From NCBI GenBank assembly GCA_035221665.1, contig CM069161.1:18352001-18416000 (forward strand): a DNA stretch of 64,000 bases. Direction: 5' to 3'. How positions within the stretch are numbered: position 1 is the first letter of the stretch; each line of letters starts with the position of its first letter. Positions 13,141 to 24,574 of the stretch are shown here, piece by piece. The position numbers and the translations under genes are program-made. Source of the stretch: Okamejei kenojei. Taxonomy: Eukaryota. The notes under the pieces were generated by a model, which did no database searches, was not told where the DNA came from, and saw only the letters and a program-made list of their open reading frames with translations.

Positions 13141-15597
13141 AGGATATAGCTGGAATCCCTTGGTGAAGTAATGTTTACACATTTACAATAACCAACTGCA
13201 TAATCTTGTAGTGGGAGAACTTGGGTCCAGTTCTTTTAACAACTCAATATCCGGGTTGAGCCCGACAGCGTAGTTCCCTTACGTTGCAGTTGTAGTGTCT
13301 CTATAACTAAATTATTGTCAAATACCATTTAAAATCAACTGGAAAACATCAGTAATCTGTACCGTATTAAATGTAACATTAACACTTAACAAACAACACT
13401 TCCGATCCCCTCAATAGAAATGTACTGCTTTTTGGGTGCTATCCCTGCAAACTGCAGTGAGCACCTTAATGGCTTGATGTGACAACCTGAGGCAATCCAT
13501 TAAAAATGTGTAAGTCAATAATTGTTTTACTGTGCAAAGGCTGGTCTCCTGAACCACAGTTTGAACAGCAAGTTCTTGTTTTTTGGAATAACCGTATATC
13601 GTTGTGCCATAATGCCTGATGAAGCAGGCAACATGGACGCTTGGTCAGTCCAATAGTACGAACACAAGTGAAGTCTTGCTGACTGTTTTAAGACCTGGCT
13701 AATGAGGCAAAAATTAGGAAAACAAAAAAGACCATTCCTCCTATTCAAGCAAGAATGTATTTCTCTGCACTGTTGTGCCACATATTTTTGCAATCAGTGA
13801 ATAAACGTACACCAACATGTCGATATTTTATGTAGTATTGAACCATACTTTCATCATACTTTGAGATCCAACTTATTCTGTGTTACCATCGATCTGAACT
13901 GGATGATACACCAGTGGCAAAGAGATCAATTACAGGATATTTTTACTTGATGACCATGTGACTAACATATGTCACCATCGTAGAGTAGCAACTTGAATTT
14001 GAGCATGTAGAATATGTATATTCACTCAAAAACCCCTTATGGGTGCATTTAGTGTACATATTTAGTTGATACCAACAACTGAAGAATTGTTAACTCATGC
14101 AATCTCCAATACCTCTGAGTAGGTGATGGTATTTGGAACTTCTCATCTTAGAGTCCTAAATATCAGTTTGTAATAACTGAATTCAACCGACCACACTACA
14201 GTAGCGAGTTTCAAGTTCAAGTTCAATGAGTTATTGTCATGTTCAGCAATGCTGAATACTGTTACTTCATCATTGTGGCTGAGGTAGCTTCAGCTGACAA
14301 TAGCATAAAGTTGTTAACAATGATCTAATTGCTACTTACACAATATCAGTTCCTTGATTTGCTCGGCTGAAGCACAACTGCTATATTGCCATTTACTCTT
14401 GATGAAAATAACTCAGTTTTGTAACAGATTGCTATAACTCCAATCTCTTGCCACAAGGCGTAGACAATGCTAATAATAATTAAAGGTAAATCCCAATGAC
14501 CAACAAACAGTTTATCCCATACCACAAAGCTTTACTGTTATAGTACAGTTATATTGTCTTTGATAGCCTCTGCAATGGGATTTGTATAGCATGTATCTCT
14601 TACCTTATGAATCTGTTGTAGTCAGGAAAATAAGTTTTCATATTCGGAAAGTTCATATGCTCGATACTCTCCATATGCCACTCCTGCCTTATTCCATGGG
14701 TGGTTTGCATGAGAACTTTTGCCCAATTCCCAAACCCTGGCCATAATCCAAACTTACTTGGAATGCTTCAGCTATGCCTCATCCAAATAATTTTACTCTT
14801 TGTGTGTTGTACAAAACAAATGTAAATATTACAACTTGTGAATGGTGCACTACCCAAATTTTGGAAGAGCTAGACTCATTTAGTTGAGTATGATTGGAAA
14901 GTGCATGGAATTTCTGAGCTATCATGCTGCCCCCAGCTCCAGTGAACCGCTATTGCCGATGAGCGCCTGGGGTGCGTTCTGAACGATGTCTTTTGCCCGC
15001 CGTAGGCCTAATTGATTCGCCTGCCAGGCTTCTTCCCCTGTAGAATAGACCTACCTGAATAACAGATTCAGCGGCTGGCTCTCACATCCCCCTGTTGGCG
15101 TTGTTCACTGCCGGCACATATCTGCTTGAGTCTGTTTTATTGACATCTTTAGAGCCTGGAGTCATCTTGACCTTTTTCTCTTCCCTCCTCAGAGAGGGTG
15201 ATTCGTAGGCAACTCAGGCGCTGCCACAGGCCGCAGGATACCAATACTGATACGAACCCATTGGCCTTAACCCAATAGAAGATTCTACTGGGATGGCAAC
15301 TTTGTTGTCAGGAAAAGGTACCTCTGACACATGCCCTTCATCCCTTTGGGTATGTCCCACGGCCATACCCTGAGACTCAGTGTCAGCAGGATACTGACCC
15401 ATCTTGGTCTCTGCCTCCGAGAGGGAGACCTCTGTAACACTGTATGCAACAGTTGCTGTATTTGGGATAGTCGTTTCAAACGCACTATCCAGCCCCGGTG
15501 AGGAATTCATCCCCCGACTCCGTGGGCCTTGCTCTCGAGCCCCAGTGGAGAATCATCTCCCGTCTCCGTGGGTGAGCAGATTATGTGTGAACTTGAG

Positions 15598-15872
15598 CAA
15601 CCCTGTCCCAGGCGTTGCTGGTGCTGCCTTACGTAAAGGCCGGCGCTTTTTGACATGAAACAGCCCTGCATCAGGCGCTCCCGTAGGCCGGCACTTCACA
15701 CATGAAGCAGCCCTATCAGGCGCTGCTGGCACGGCTCTCCCATAGGCCGGTAATGTCACAAATGAAACAGCCCTGTATCAGGTGCTGCTGGCACGGCTCT
15801 CCCGTAGGCCGGCACTTTCATACATGAAGCAGCCCTGTCAGGCGCTGCTGGCGCGGCCGGTCCCATAGGCCC
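15598..15872. repeat. ~59-bp tandem repeat (about 4.5 units) inside the DIRS element
   Basis: Unit like CAGCCCTGTATCAGGCGCTGCTGGCACGGCTCTCCCGTAGGCCGGCACTTCACACATGAA. Confidence 0.85.
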
Positions 15873-16623
15873 GCGCTATTGCAGTGTAAGCTCACTAAAT
15901 CATCATTTTTAGTGTACAACTTTACCTGTGAAGGGTAAAAATAATTCATAGCAACATGTGCCTAAACAACGAGGATTACATTGTCAGAACATTATGATTT
16001 TAACTTTGCCTTTAGCTTTTAACTTTAAGAAAAACACTATAAAATACATACATTTTATTAAAGGAGAAACCCTTTATAGCCCGACTCATCTGAGTCCAAA
16101 TAGGGCTGAATGAGTCCCATTTAATTTCTTGCCTGGGACCAACGTCCGTGAGCCACTGACCCCACTGTTAGTGACTCCAGCGTTGTTTCCTTGCCGTTCC
16201 AACAGCATCCCACAGGCTGGGAGCAGATGGCCTCCCTGTCAGCCACTCTGCTTAAATTTCTTGCCGTTTTTACGGCATTCCTGCAGGCTGGGAGCCGCTG
16301 ACTGTACTGTTAGCGGCTCCTTATCTTGAAACCTGAACTTTGCTGGTTATCCGCATTTGCGGTCGGAATGGGGTTTCCCCACAGTCCATAACCGGCAACT
16401 CGTCGGGCTGCGAAACTGGCAGGAAAAACCTCTGTAAAAAGAAGCTCCTGCCTGAAAAACCCTGGTAAGTAAAAAACCGAACTTACCTTTTAGGTTTAAC
16501 TTACCACCGGCAGGAGCTCTGTCCTGCCAGACTGGTGCTTGCGCCAATGCGGCTGACGTACTGGTGCGCATGTGGCCTGGCGGGTCTTCTTCACGGAATC
16601 ACTCATGTGAGATAGAAGTAAAA

Positions 16624-16870
16624 CCAGTGATCACTGCATACACTAGCACTATCCTACACACTAGAGACAATTTACAATTTATAGAAGCCAATTAACCTAC
16701 AAACCTGTACATCTTTGAAGTGTGGGAGGCAACCGGAACACCTGGAGAAAACCCACATGGTCACAGGGAGATTGTACAAACTCCATACAGACAACATCCG
16801 TGGTCAAGGTTGAATCTGGGTCTCCTGCACTGTAAGGCAGCAACTCTACCGCTACACCACTGTGCCGCCC
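16624..16870 (-). mobile_element. HE1-type V-SINE, 5' portion (3' portion at ~12115-12172, separated by the DIRS insertion)
   Basis: GAGTCCATGTT|...|CCAGTGATCACTGCATACACTAGCACTATCC reconstitutes the SINE sequence across the DIRS element. Confidence 0.8.
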
Positions 16871-17454
16871 AAAAAGGTACCATCGCAAAAAAAGGCTGTG
16901 GTAATACTACAGAAGATGCTTCAGTACAGGAAATGATCATGTTCAAATCTGACGTCACTTCTGGCAATTCTATTCACTTACTTATTTTTATCTTTCTTCT
17001 CCAAGGCTCAGCCACTTGCTATGCTGGTGATTGCTTTGATGGGATCTGAATAATAAAATCCTCCTTTTATCAACTCCCTCTTTGGCCTTCTTCAACTCTC
17101 CTTGGGCAACAAATTTCAAACCTATATATCTTTTATATTTTGTCACTGCTCTGAAGCAGAGAATGTGAACTTTCTTGATATAATCAGCCAACAATGGCAG
17201 CTGCATTTTCTGTTGCCTTGGCCCTAAATTCTGGACTTTACTCTTGGAATTTCCACCTCTCCCCTCCGTTGTGCTTCTCCTGAAAACATGTCTGTTTGTC
17301 ATCTCTCCTGATTTCCTTAATTGTAAATGATTTTATTATTGTTTGATGACAGTCCTGTTCAGTGTCCTGTGATAGTTATTATATTAGAGGCACTATTTAA
17401 ATACAACACTCCACGGAGCAGAAGACCACATGGTCAGAGCACTGAATCATTAAT

Positions 17455-17755
17455 AAGGTGCTGTCTGTGTGGATTTTGCACGTTCTCCCGATGAGCGTAG
17501 GGCAGCTTCCTTTGGATGCTCCGGTTTCCTCCCACATCCCAAAGATATGAGGGTTGGAAGATCTGTTGGCCACAATAAACTGCCCTGAGTGTGTAGGTGA
17601 GTGGTGGAATCTGGACTGAAGTTGAAAAAATGTAAAAAGCATTAAAAAAAAAAGATTAATGTTGGATTAGTGTACATTGGGAGTTGATGGGCAGCACAGA
17701 CTTGGTGGGCCGATGAGCCTGTTTCGGTGCTATATAACCCTGCAACTCTGACTCT
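17455..17755 (+). mobile_element. Older V-SINE copy
   Basis: GGTGCTGTCTGTGTGGATTTTGCACGTTCTCCC...GCTCCGGTTTCCTCCCACATCCCAAAGA V-domain. Confidence 0.65.
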
Positions 17756-17759
17756 TTAT

Positions 17760-18600
17760 GGTTAGTTTTGCGTATTGTCACGTGTACCGAGGTACAGTGA
17801 AAAGCTTTTTGTCGCCTGCGATCCAATCAGCGAAAAGACTACACATGATTACAATCGAGCCATCCACAGTGTCCAAATACAAGATAAAGGGAAGAACATT
17901 TATTAAAAGGTAAATTCCGGTAAAGTCTGATTAAAGATAGTCCGAGGGTCTCCGATGAGGTAGAAAGGTAGCCCAGGGTTGCTCTCTAGTTGTTAGGATA
18001 GTTCAGTTGCCTGATAACAGCTGGGAAGCAAACTGGCCTTGAATCTGGAGGTGTGCCTTGTCACACTTCTGTACATCTTGCAGGATGGGAGTGGGGGGAA
18101 GGGAGAGTGACCAGAGTGAGACACATCCTTGATTATGCTGGCGGCCTTGCCAACGTGAAGCAAAAATCCTATAGCGAGCAAGATAGTCCGCTCGATTAAA
18201 AAGACGTAGTATGGTCATGGGCAGATTCATGGGTCCTGTTTCCGTAACTGGCTTCCGTCTCCGCACCAAAGATCCCATAGGATAATAGTGCGGAGACGGA
18301 AGCCGGTTACGGAAACATCCTCGTAAAAATAAAAGTTATTTGGTAAAAATCTTCCCCTCATTTTCAAAATTTAAATTTATTAACACAAACTGTTCCCCCG
18401 CAACGTTGATTACACTGTGAGTCGGGTCGGGTCGGGTCCGGTTACGAAAATGGATGAAAAAAATGCCCATGTTCCGTTCCGTTGCGTACTACATGTCAGC
18501 CCATTGCATTTAGCAGGAGTGGTCTATCTTGCTCCGCTATAGGATCTTTGGCGTGAAGTGTAGATGGAGTCAATGGAAGGGAAGTTAGTTTGCGTCTGCA
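17760..18600 (-). mobile_element. Rex1-like LINE 3' fragment interrupted by a DNA transposon
   Basis: Minus-strand KAASIIKDVSHSGHSPFPPLPSCKMYRSVTRHTSRFKAS; 3' UTR AAAAGCTTTTCACTGTACCTCGGTA shared with the 56677-57155 copy. Confidence 0.75.
18161..18550. mobile_element. Non-autonomous DNA transposon with 8-bp TSD (P- or hAT-like)
   Basis: TIR CAAAAATCCTATAGCGAGCAAGATAG / CTATCTTGCTCCGCTATAGGATCTTTG; TSD ACGTGAAG (18153-18160) / GCGTGAAG (18551-18558). Confidence 0.8.
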
Positions 18601-19787
18601 GCACTGGTTTAGAAAATGAAGGCTTGACCGCCTTTTCTTTACAATCCAAACTCCATTATAAATCAAATGTGTTGTACAGTCGCGTCAGCAATTTCACTCC
18701 AGCCTCTGAAATTTATCAACGGAATAAATTTCAGGATAGAATCGAGTGTGCTGTCATGACTAAACAGACACGTGTAGCATCCCGAACTGTGGGTGGATTC
18801 CTGAGCAATTAACAGTCTGTTTCTCTCCATGCACAGCTCCCTTGTGAATAAACAAAGGATTGGTAACTACTCTACTTTGTGGCCTTCCAATTCTCTGTTT
18901 CTCAGTCACAGTTTTCTTGGCATGTACACCATTGCAAAGAGATGTATAGCAGTGTGGCGCAACACAGTCTCATAATTATTTTTCTGGTAAACTCTCACCA
19001 CTTTCTATGGGCAAATGGGACTCGCCTCATAGTGCTAGGGGTAACTTCTTTGGCAATTTGGTCGGCATTGGGCAAAGAGGCCTGTTTCCGCACTGTGTGG
19101 CTCTATGACTCAATTATTCCATTACTGACTTTAAAAGAATTATAGCCTGTCAAAGTATAATTGCTTTGTTGAGAATGTAGATAAGTAGATTGTGTCCTGA
19201 ATGTGTGTGTAAAAACAACTACTTTATTTTATTCTGCACCTTGATGCATGTTCCTTTTAAAACAAAATACTGTGTTTTAATCATGGTGTCCTGGGATATA
19301 CATTTTGGTCATTTTTTGTTCAATATTTCTTTAATGCTTGGCATACCATAAGTTAAATGCATTCTTGGTGACTGAATAATATCTCATAAACATTACACTA
19401 GATGAATCAAAATTGTCACAAAAGTTAATATTTTTTGGAAGGGCTTTACATATATTTTGATAAGGAGTCCAATACTACGTTAGAACAGTTGCTATCAACA
19501 GTTTTGGTTTCAAATTGAACCTGACCACATGAAAAAACCCATCTTTCCACAAGGGGTCATTGTTTGATTAAAAACAGAGAACCATTTTGATACGCCTGTA
19601 ATGGAAATTCTAAAAACAATTGAAAAAACAATTAAGTTTATATTTAGACTTCCTGCAATAGAATTTAAATTATTGCCCTATAGACCCCCATCAATGGTGT
19701 CCAAAAAACTTCTCATTATTGAATTTACTCACTGACACCTGTAGCAAAATTCTATATTCAAATGCATTTCTTCAATTTTTGTCACCT

Positions 19788-20595
19788 CATAGAAAACATA
19801 GAACCGTACTGCACAGGATCAGGCCCTTCAGCCCACAAGATTTGTGCTGAACTTGATGGCAAGGTAAACCAATCTCCTCATGTGGTCCATATCCCTCCAT
19901 TCCCAGCATATCCACGTGCCAATCTACAAGCCTTTTAAATACCCCTATCATATCTGCTTCCACCAACACCATTGGCAGCACATCCGAGGCACCTGCTACA
20001 CTCTGTGTAAACGATTTGCTCTCCACATCTCCTTTACATTTTGTCTTTCTCGCTTTAAGGCTACGCCCTCTAGCCCTTGACATTTCCATCCTGGGATAAA
20101 GAGGGACATAAATAGGGACTAGTCTTTCCTATTTATGCCGAACATGTTTTTATATATTTCCATCAGGTCACCCTGCAACCTCTGACTCTCCAGAGAAATT
20201 ATCCAAATATGTCCAACCTCTTCTTGCAGCTAAGATGGCATTCTGGTAAACATCTCCTGCACTCTATCCAAAGGCTCCACAACCTTCCTATAATGGGGCG
20301 ACCAGAATGACTTTACTCCAAATGCAGCTAAACCTTCTTCTTCTTGCATATGGCATGCACAGCCTAAGGTTGCAGATCAAATTGTTCTCTTTGATCTTGT
20401 TTGTGCACATCGGGTTGATTGCATTAGTCGAAACAGGGCGGACCATATGAAGGTTTCAATCTCCCACTCTGCAGCTAAACCAAAGACCTATAAATATGTA
20501 ACACGACTTGCTGATTTTGTACTCAAAGCCCCAACTTTGAGGGCAAGCATACCAAACGCATTCTTTACTACCCCATCTACTTGTGCTGTCACAAT
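19788..20595 (-). mobile_element. Old CR1 LINE 3' fragment (hosts the 20335-20469 insertion)
   Basis: CATAGAAAACATAGAAC tail; minus-strand SRARGRSLK...SFTQSVAGASDVLP...FKRLVDWH, a degenerate CR1 ORF2 end. Confidence 0.7.
20335..20469 (-). mobile_element. 135-bp non-autonomous retroelement (Ingi/Vingi- or RTE-type tail) with 5' HDV-like ribozyme fold, copy 1
   Basis: 12-bp TSD TGCAGCTAAACC (20323-20334, 20470-20481); 3' end CCATATGCAAGAAGAAGAA; homologous to 60411-60547. Confidence 0.8.
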
Positions 20596-21902
20596 TTCTG
20601 TTAGAATCAGAAGCATTCATTCTAACTCCATAAGAATACCAAGATACCAAAAACTAAATTTGCCATTCACTACAACACCAAAGAATGGCAGTGTGTACTT
20701 TGAGTTCACATCAATGTAATCCATTGTCAGATGAAGGCAGTGGGATGAGTAGATTTGTTCTTGCTGGCCTTTGTTTTCTCTGGACTCTTTTCGTGACCGA
20801 GCCTTCGAGCTCTCTGTACATCCTTCTACAGATGTGCCGTGGGAAGCATTTTATCGGGATGCATCATAGTGTGGTTTGGGAACAGTTCCAAGCAAGACTG
20901 CAAGTCAGTGTAGAGAAATATGGACGCAGAACGAGCCATCACTCAAACCCACCTCCCTTCCATTAACTCAAGTTACACTTCACGAAGCCTGATGACTTGA
21001 TGTTTGGTGGAGTCATAGTTCAGAGGGAGATGTCCGATAACTAGTTCTGCAATTTGTGAAACCACAGCAGCACTACCCTTGGAGCTCGGTTGGAGTTGAT
21101 ATTTTGTAACTAGTGCAAGGATCTGAGCTACACCTGACAATGGAGAACATTGATGTGACCTCAAAGTACAAACAGTCATTCTATGGTTCAGTAGTGAATG
21201 GCAACTTTTGTTTTTGGTCTGTTGGTATTCATATGGAGTTAGCATTACTACTTCTAATCCTAATGAAAATTGAGACATCACAAGTAGATAAAGTAGTAAA
21301 GAAGGCTTTTGGTTTGCTTGCCTTCATCGGGTGGGGCAAAGAGTATAAACGTCAGGAAGGCATGTTTAGGTTGGATCATGTTCGAGTAAGTATAGGGGTG
21401 GAAAAAATTGAGATGGTCTGCAATTAGCCTTAGGTTAGAGTTTGTCATTTACTCTGCTTGATAATGTAGTTGAAAGCTTCCAAACAGCTAATATTAGAAA
21501 GATTTGAAAGAAGGGAATATAGTAATATAGACCATTAGAGTCAGATTAGCAACTTACCTCTTCATGCCTGATATATTGTTCAGCCACATTGTTGCTGAAT
21601 GGTTTCCTTTTCTTTGCCTTGTATTCTTTGATTAGCTGCCTGGTACTTTCTGTAATAGTTCAATTTAAAAACAATGCTCAATAAAACATGGTATGATTGG
21701 ATTTTTTTATGCTGATGTTTCTTTTATGACTTACGGCAATGTTGCAGAACACCAATCAGACTGTAAAAAAATATATTGATATCTTACAAAAAGAACAAAC
21801 TGATTGTAGGCATCATCCCTTAACCTGGTGTATATATGCCTCCATGCCCATCTCATCATTATAGCATTTATTCCTGAGTTGCAATATCTCCCTGTTTCAG
21901 AT

Positions 21903-22410
21903 AGTTTAGTTTAGTTTAGTTTAGTTTAGTTTAGTTTAGTTTAGTTTAGTTTAGAGATACAGCATGGAAACAGGCTAGACACAAAATGCTGGAGTATCTC
22001 AGTGGGACAGGCAGCATTTCTGGATGTCACCCATTCTTTCTATCCAGAGATGCTGCCTGCCCCGCTGAGTTACTCCAGCATTTTGTGTTTATCTTCAGTT
22101 TAAACCAGCATCTGCAGTTCCTTCCTACACATGGAAACAGGCTCTTCTGCCCACGCCAACCATCAATCTCCCATTCACTAATTCTATGTCATCCTACTTT
22201 CGTATCCTACGCACTGGGGGCTATTTACAGAAGCCAATTAACGACAAAATTGAACATCTTTGGAATGTGGGAGGAAACCGGAGCACAAGGGAAAAGCCCA
22301 TGCAGTCACAGGGAGAACGTACAAACTCTGCACAGACAGCAACCATAGTCAGGATCGAACCCCGACTCTGGTACTGTAAGGCAGCAGCTTTACCGCCGTG
22401 TCGCCCTTTG
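21903..22410 (-). mobile_element. HE1-type V-SINE with expanded (CTAAA)n tail, interrupted by a Penelope fold-back fragment at 21977-22129
   Basis: (TTTAG)n at 21903-21955; V-domain and tRNA head at 22250-22410; nested insert flanked by 14-bp TSD CATGGAAACAGGCT. Confidence 0.8.
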
Positions 22411-22924
22411 GTATTGTGGAACATTCCTTGAAGAACTTGCTGTCATGACCATACTCACAATGCAATAACAACATGTAGAGATCACTACTGTAATCTGATC
22501 ATAGAATCATGGAATCATGGAAAACTTTATTGTCATTCAGACCTTGCGGTGATGCACATGGCACAAACAATATTGAACGTAGAGACACGCTGAGAATATA
22601 TTAAGAGTTTTGCACTGTTTTTGTTTTGTATATATTTATTTATTTTTTTAAAATATTGTAATATTTCCTTTGTAACCACACTTCACCCCACATGAGTAAG
22701 ACAAGACCCATCCAATGATCCATTCAGCTCAAATTTGGCACACAGCTCAGAGCTAATGATGTTTGATTATTAGATTAGACTAGATCCCTTAAGGTTTGCA
22801 AGGTTGTTTGAGAGGCTGCCTTTATTAATACAATAATCTCATTAATGCAAGAGTAACATTGCTTGTGGTATATTCTTCTCTGACTTCTACCCAAATAGTA
22901 GACACATAGAGATTTATTCCTCCC

Positions 22925-23155
22925 AAGTTTAGTTTAGTTTAATTTAGTAAAGAGATACAGCGTGGAAATGAGCCCTTTGACCCGCCATGTCAGCACCGAC
23001 CAGCAATCCCCGTACACTAGCACTATCCTACACAGTAGGGATAATTTATAATCTTTACTAAAACTCTGTACAGAGAACACCCATAGTCAGGATTGAACCC
23101 GGGTCACTGATGCTGTAAGGCAGCAACTCTACAGCTGCGCCATTGTGCCACCCAC
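22925..23155 (-). mobile_element. HE1-type V-SINE with internal deletion
   Basis: TTTAG tail and tRNA head (CAGGATTGAACCCGGG...GTAAGGCAGCAACTCTAC). Confidence 0.75.
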
Positions 23156-23435
23156 TAACTGTTTTAGCCGAATAATTTCCTCCCACTGTTCCAATATTAT
23201 TGAGATGTTTCCTGTTCTAGATATGAAGAAATGTTAAATATGATAGGGTTGGAACAAATTAAATGTGTCCAGTATACTTGTGCTAGCATGCCTGAAGTGA
23301 TAATTAATATTTACATTCAAATTCACAGCCATCTACAATGCCTTATCCTTATAAAGTGGATAATTGCCAAGATCATCAAAAATAACTGGTGACAGCAATG
23401 GAAATTGTAAAACATGAGAAGTGAGATGACATTAA

Positions 23436-24225
23436 AGGAGCCACCAGGTGGCGCCGTACGCTGGCAGCCTTACCAAAAGTCTGTCTCGTCCTTTTCTTCT
23501 TGTTGTTTTTAGTCTGTTGTTTAATATATGTTTTAGTGTATCTTGTGGTCAAGGAAAGAGCATTCACATCGCGGCCCTGTTTTTACCAATGTTTCCACCG
23601 CCATGCACAAGAAGTGCAAGTCAGACACCATTGTTTGCAGATGCCGAGAAGTGTGGTCAGCTCTGGCTGAACAGCTTCTAATCTTGTGTGTGGACTTGAT
23701 AAGAAGTGTATCTTTAGTTTAGTATTATGTGGGGGGGTGGGGGAAAACTTTTTTAATCTCTTTCTTCGAAAGAGATGCGACTTTTCCTTATCGTACCTCC
23801 GTCCCCACTGCGGCCCAACATCGAGGAGCTGGTGGCCCCTTGCTGGGGATCGATTTTAGGAGCTCCAACTGCGGGAGCCTGTGGACTTAACATCATGGAG
23901 CTGGTGATTCCTTTGTCAGGGATCGACCGGAAGCTATAACTGCGGGAGCTTCGACCGCCTCGATCGCGGGATCTTTGATCGCCCTGACGCGGGAGCTTCG
24001 AGCACCGCAACTGCGCATGGTTCGACTGCCCCGACCGCAGGAGAAAAGGAGGGAAGAAGATAATACGTTACTGCCTTCCATCACAGTGCGCTGTGGTGGA
24101 TGTTTATGTTAATTTGTATGTAGTTGTGTGTCTTGTTGCTTTTTTGGTATGACTGTATGGCAAATCAAATTCTTATATGTTTTTACATATTTGGCTAATA
24201 AATTAATTGCAATTACAATTACAAT
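23436..24225 (+). mobile_element. Non-autonomous ~750-bp retroelement family copy, with a nested 160-bp insert
   Basis: Starts GCCACCAGGTGGCGCC; homologous to 1-712 and 33400-34160; (ATTACA)n tail after GGCTAATAAA. Confidence 0.7.
23441..23454 (+). promoter_or_regulatory. Consensus CTCF core motif
   Basis: CCACCAGGTGGCGC matches CCASYAGRKGGCRS exactly; occupancy unknown. Confidence 0.4.
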
Positions 24226-24574
24226 AATCTGAGGATGTGCTTGAGACAGGTACAAAAACATTTAGAAGAGCTTTGGACCAGTACATGAATAAGAAAGGTT
24301 TAGAGAGATTTGGGCCAAACACTGGCAATTGGGATTAGCTTAGATGGGGCATCTTGGTCAGCATGGACACGTTAGGTGGAAGGGTCTCTTTCTGTGCTGT
24401 ATAACTCAATGATTCTAAAGTCCAATTTGTTCATGTTTATTCTTTTATTCAGTCTCTCCTGCACTTAGTTCATCACTGGTACCTTTCCATTTTCCTGTTG
24501 TATATAGGGCACCGTGTTGTATATAGGTGGCACCACGGTAGAGTTGCAGCCTTACTGCGCCAAAGACCCGGGTT

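Larger units (their letters stand above)
12173..16623 (-). mobile_element. DIRS1-type tyrosine-recombinase retrotransposon, structurally complete but with decayed ORFs
   Basis: Inverted termini (CGTGAAGAAGACCCACCAGGCCGCATGCTCACCA vs TGGTGCGCATGTGGCCTGGCGGGTCTTCTTCACG); internal complementary region 12393-12504 matching both ends; starts TTTT on the minus strand; no TSD; YR remnants TLISAQRRQTL, TISRWLQQVLG...YSTR*ASTSA and WANELIFQYFYHRP; splits an HE1 SINE. Confidence 0.9.
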
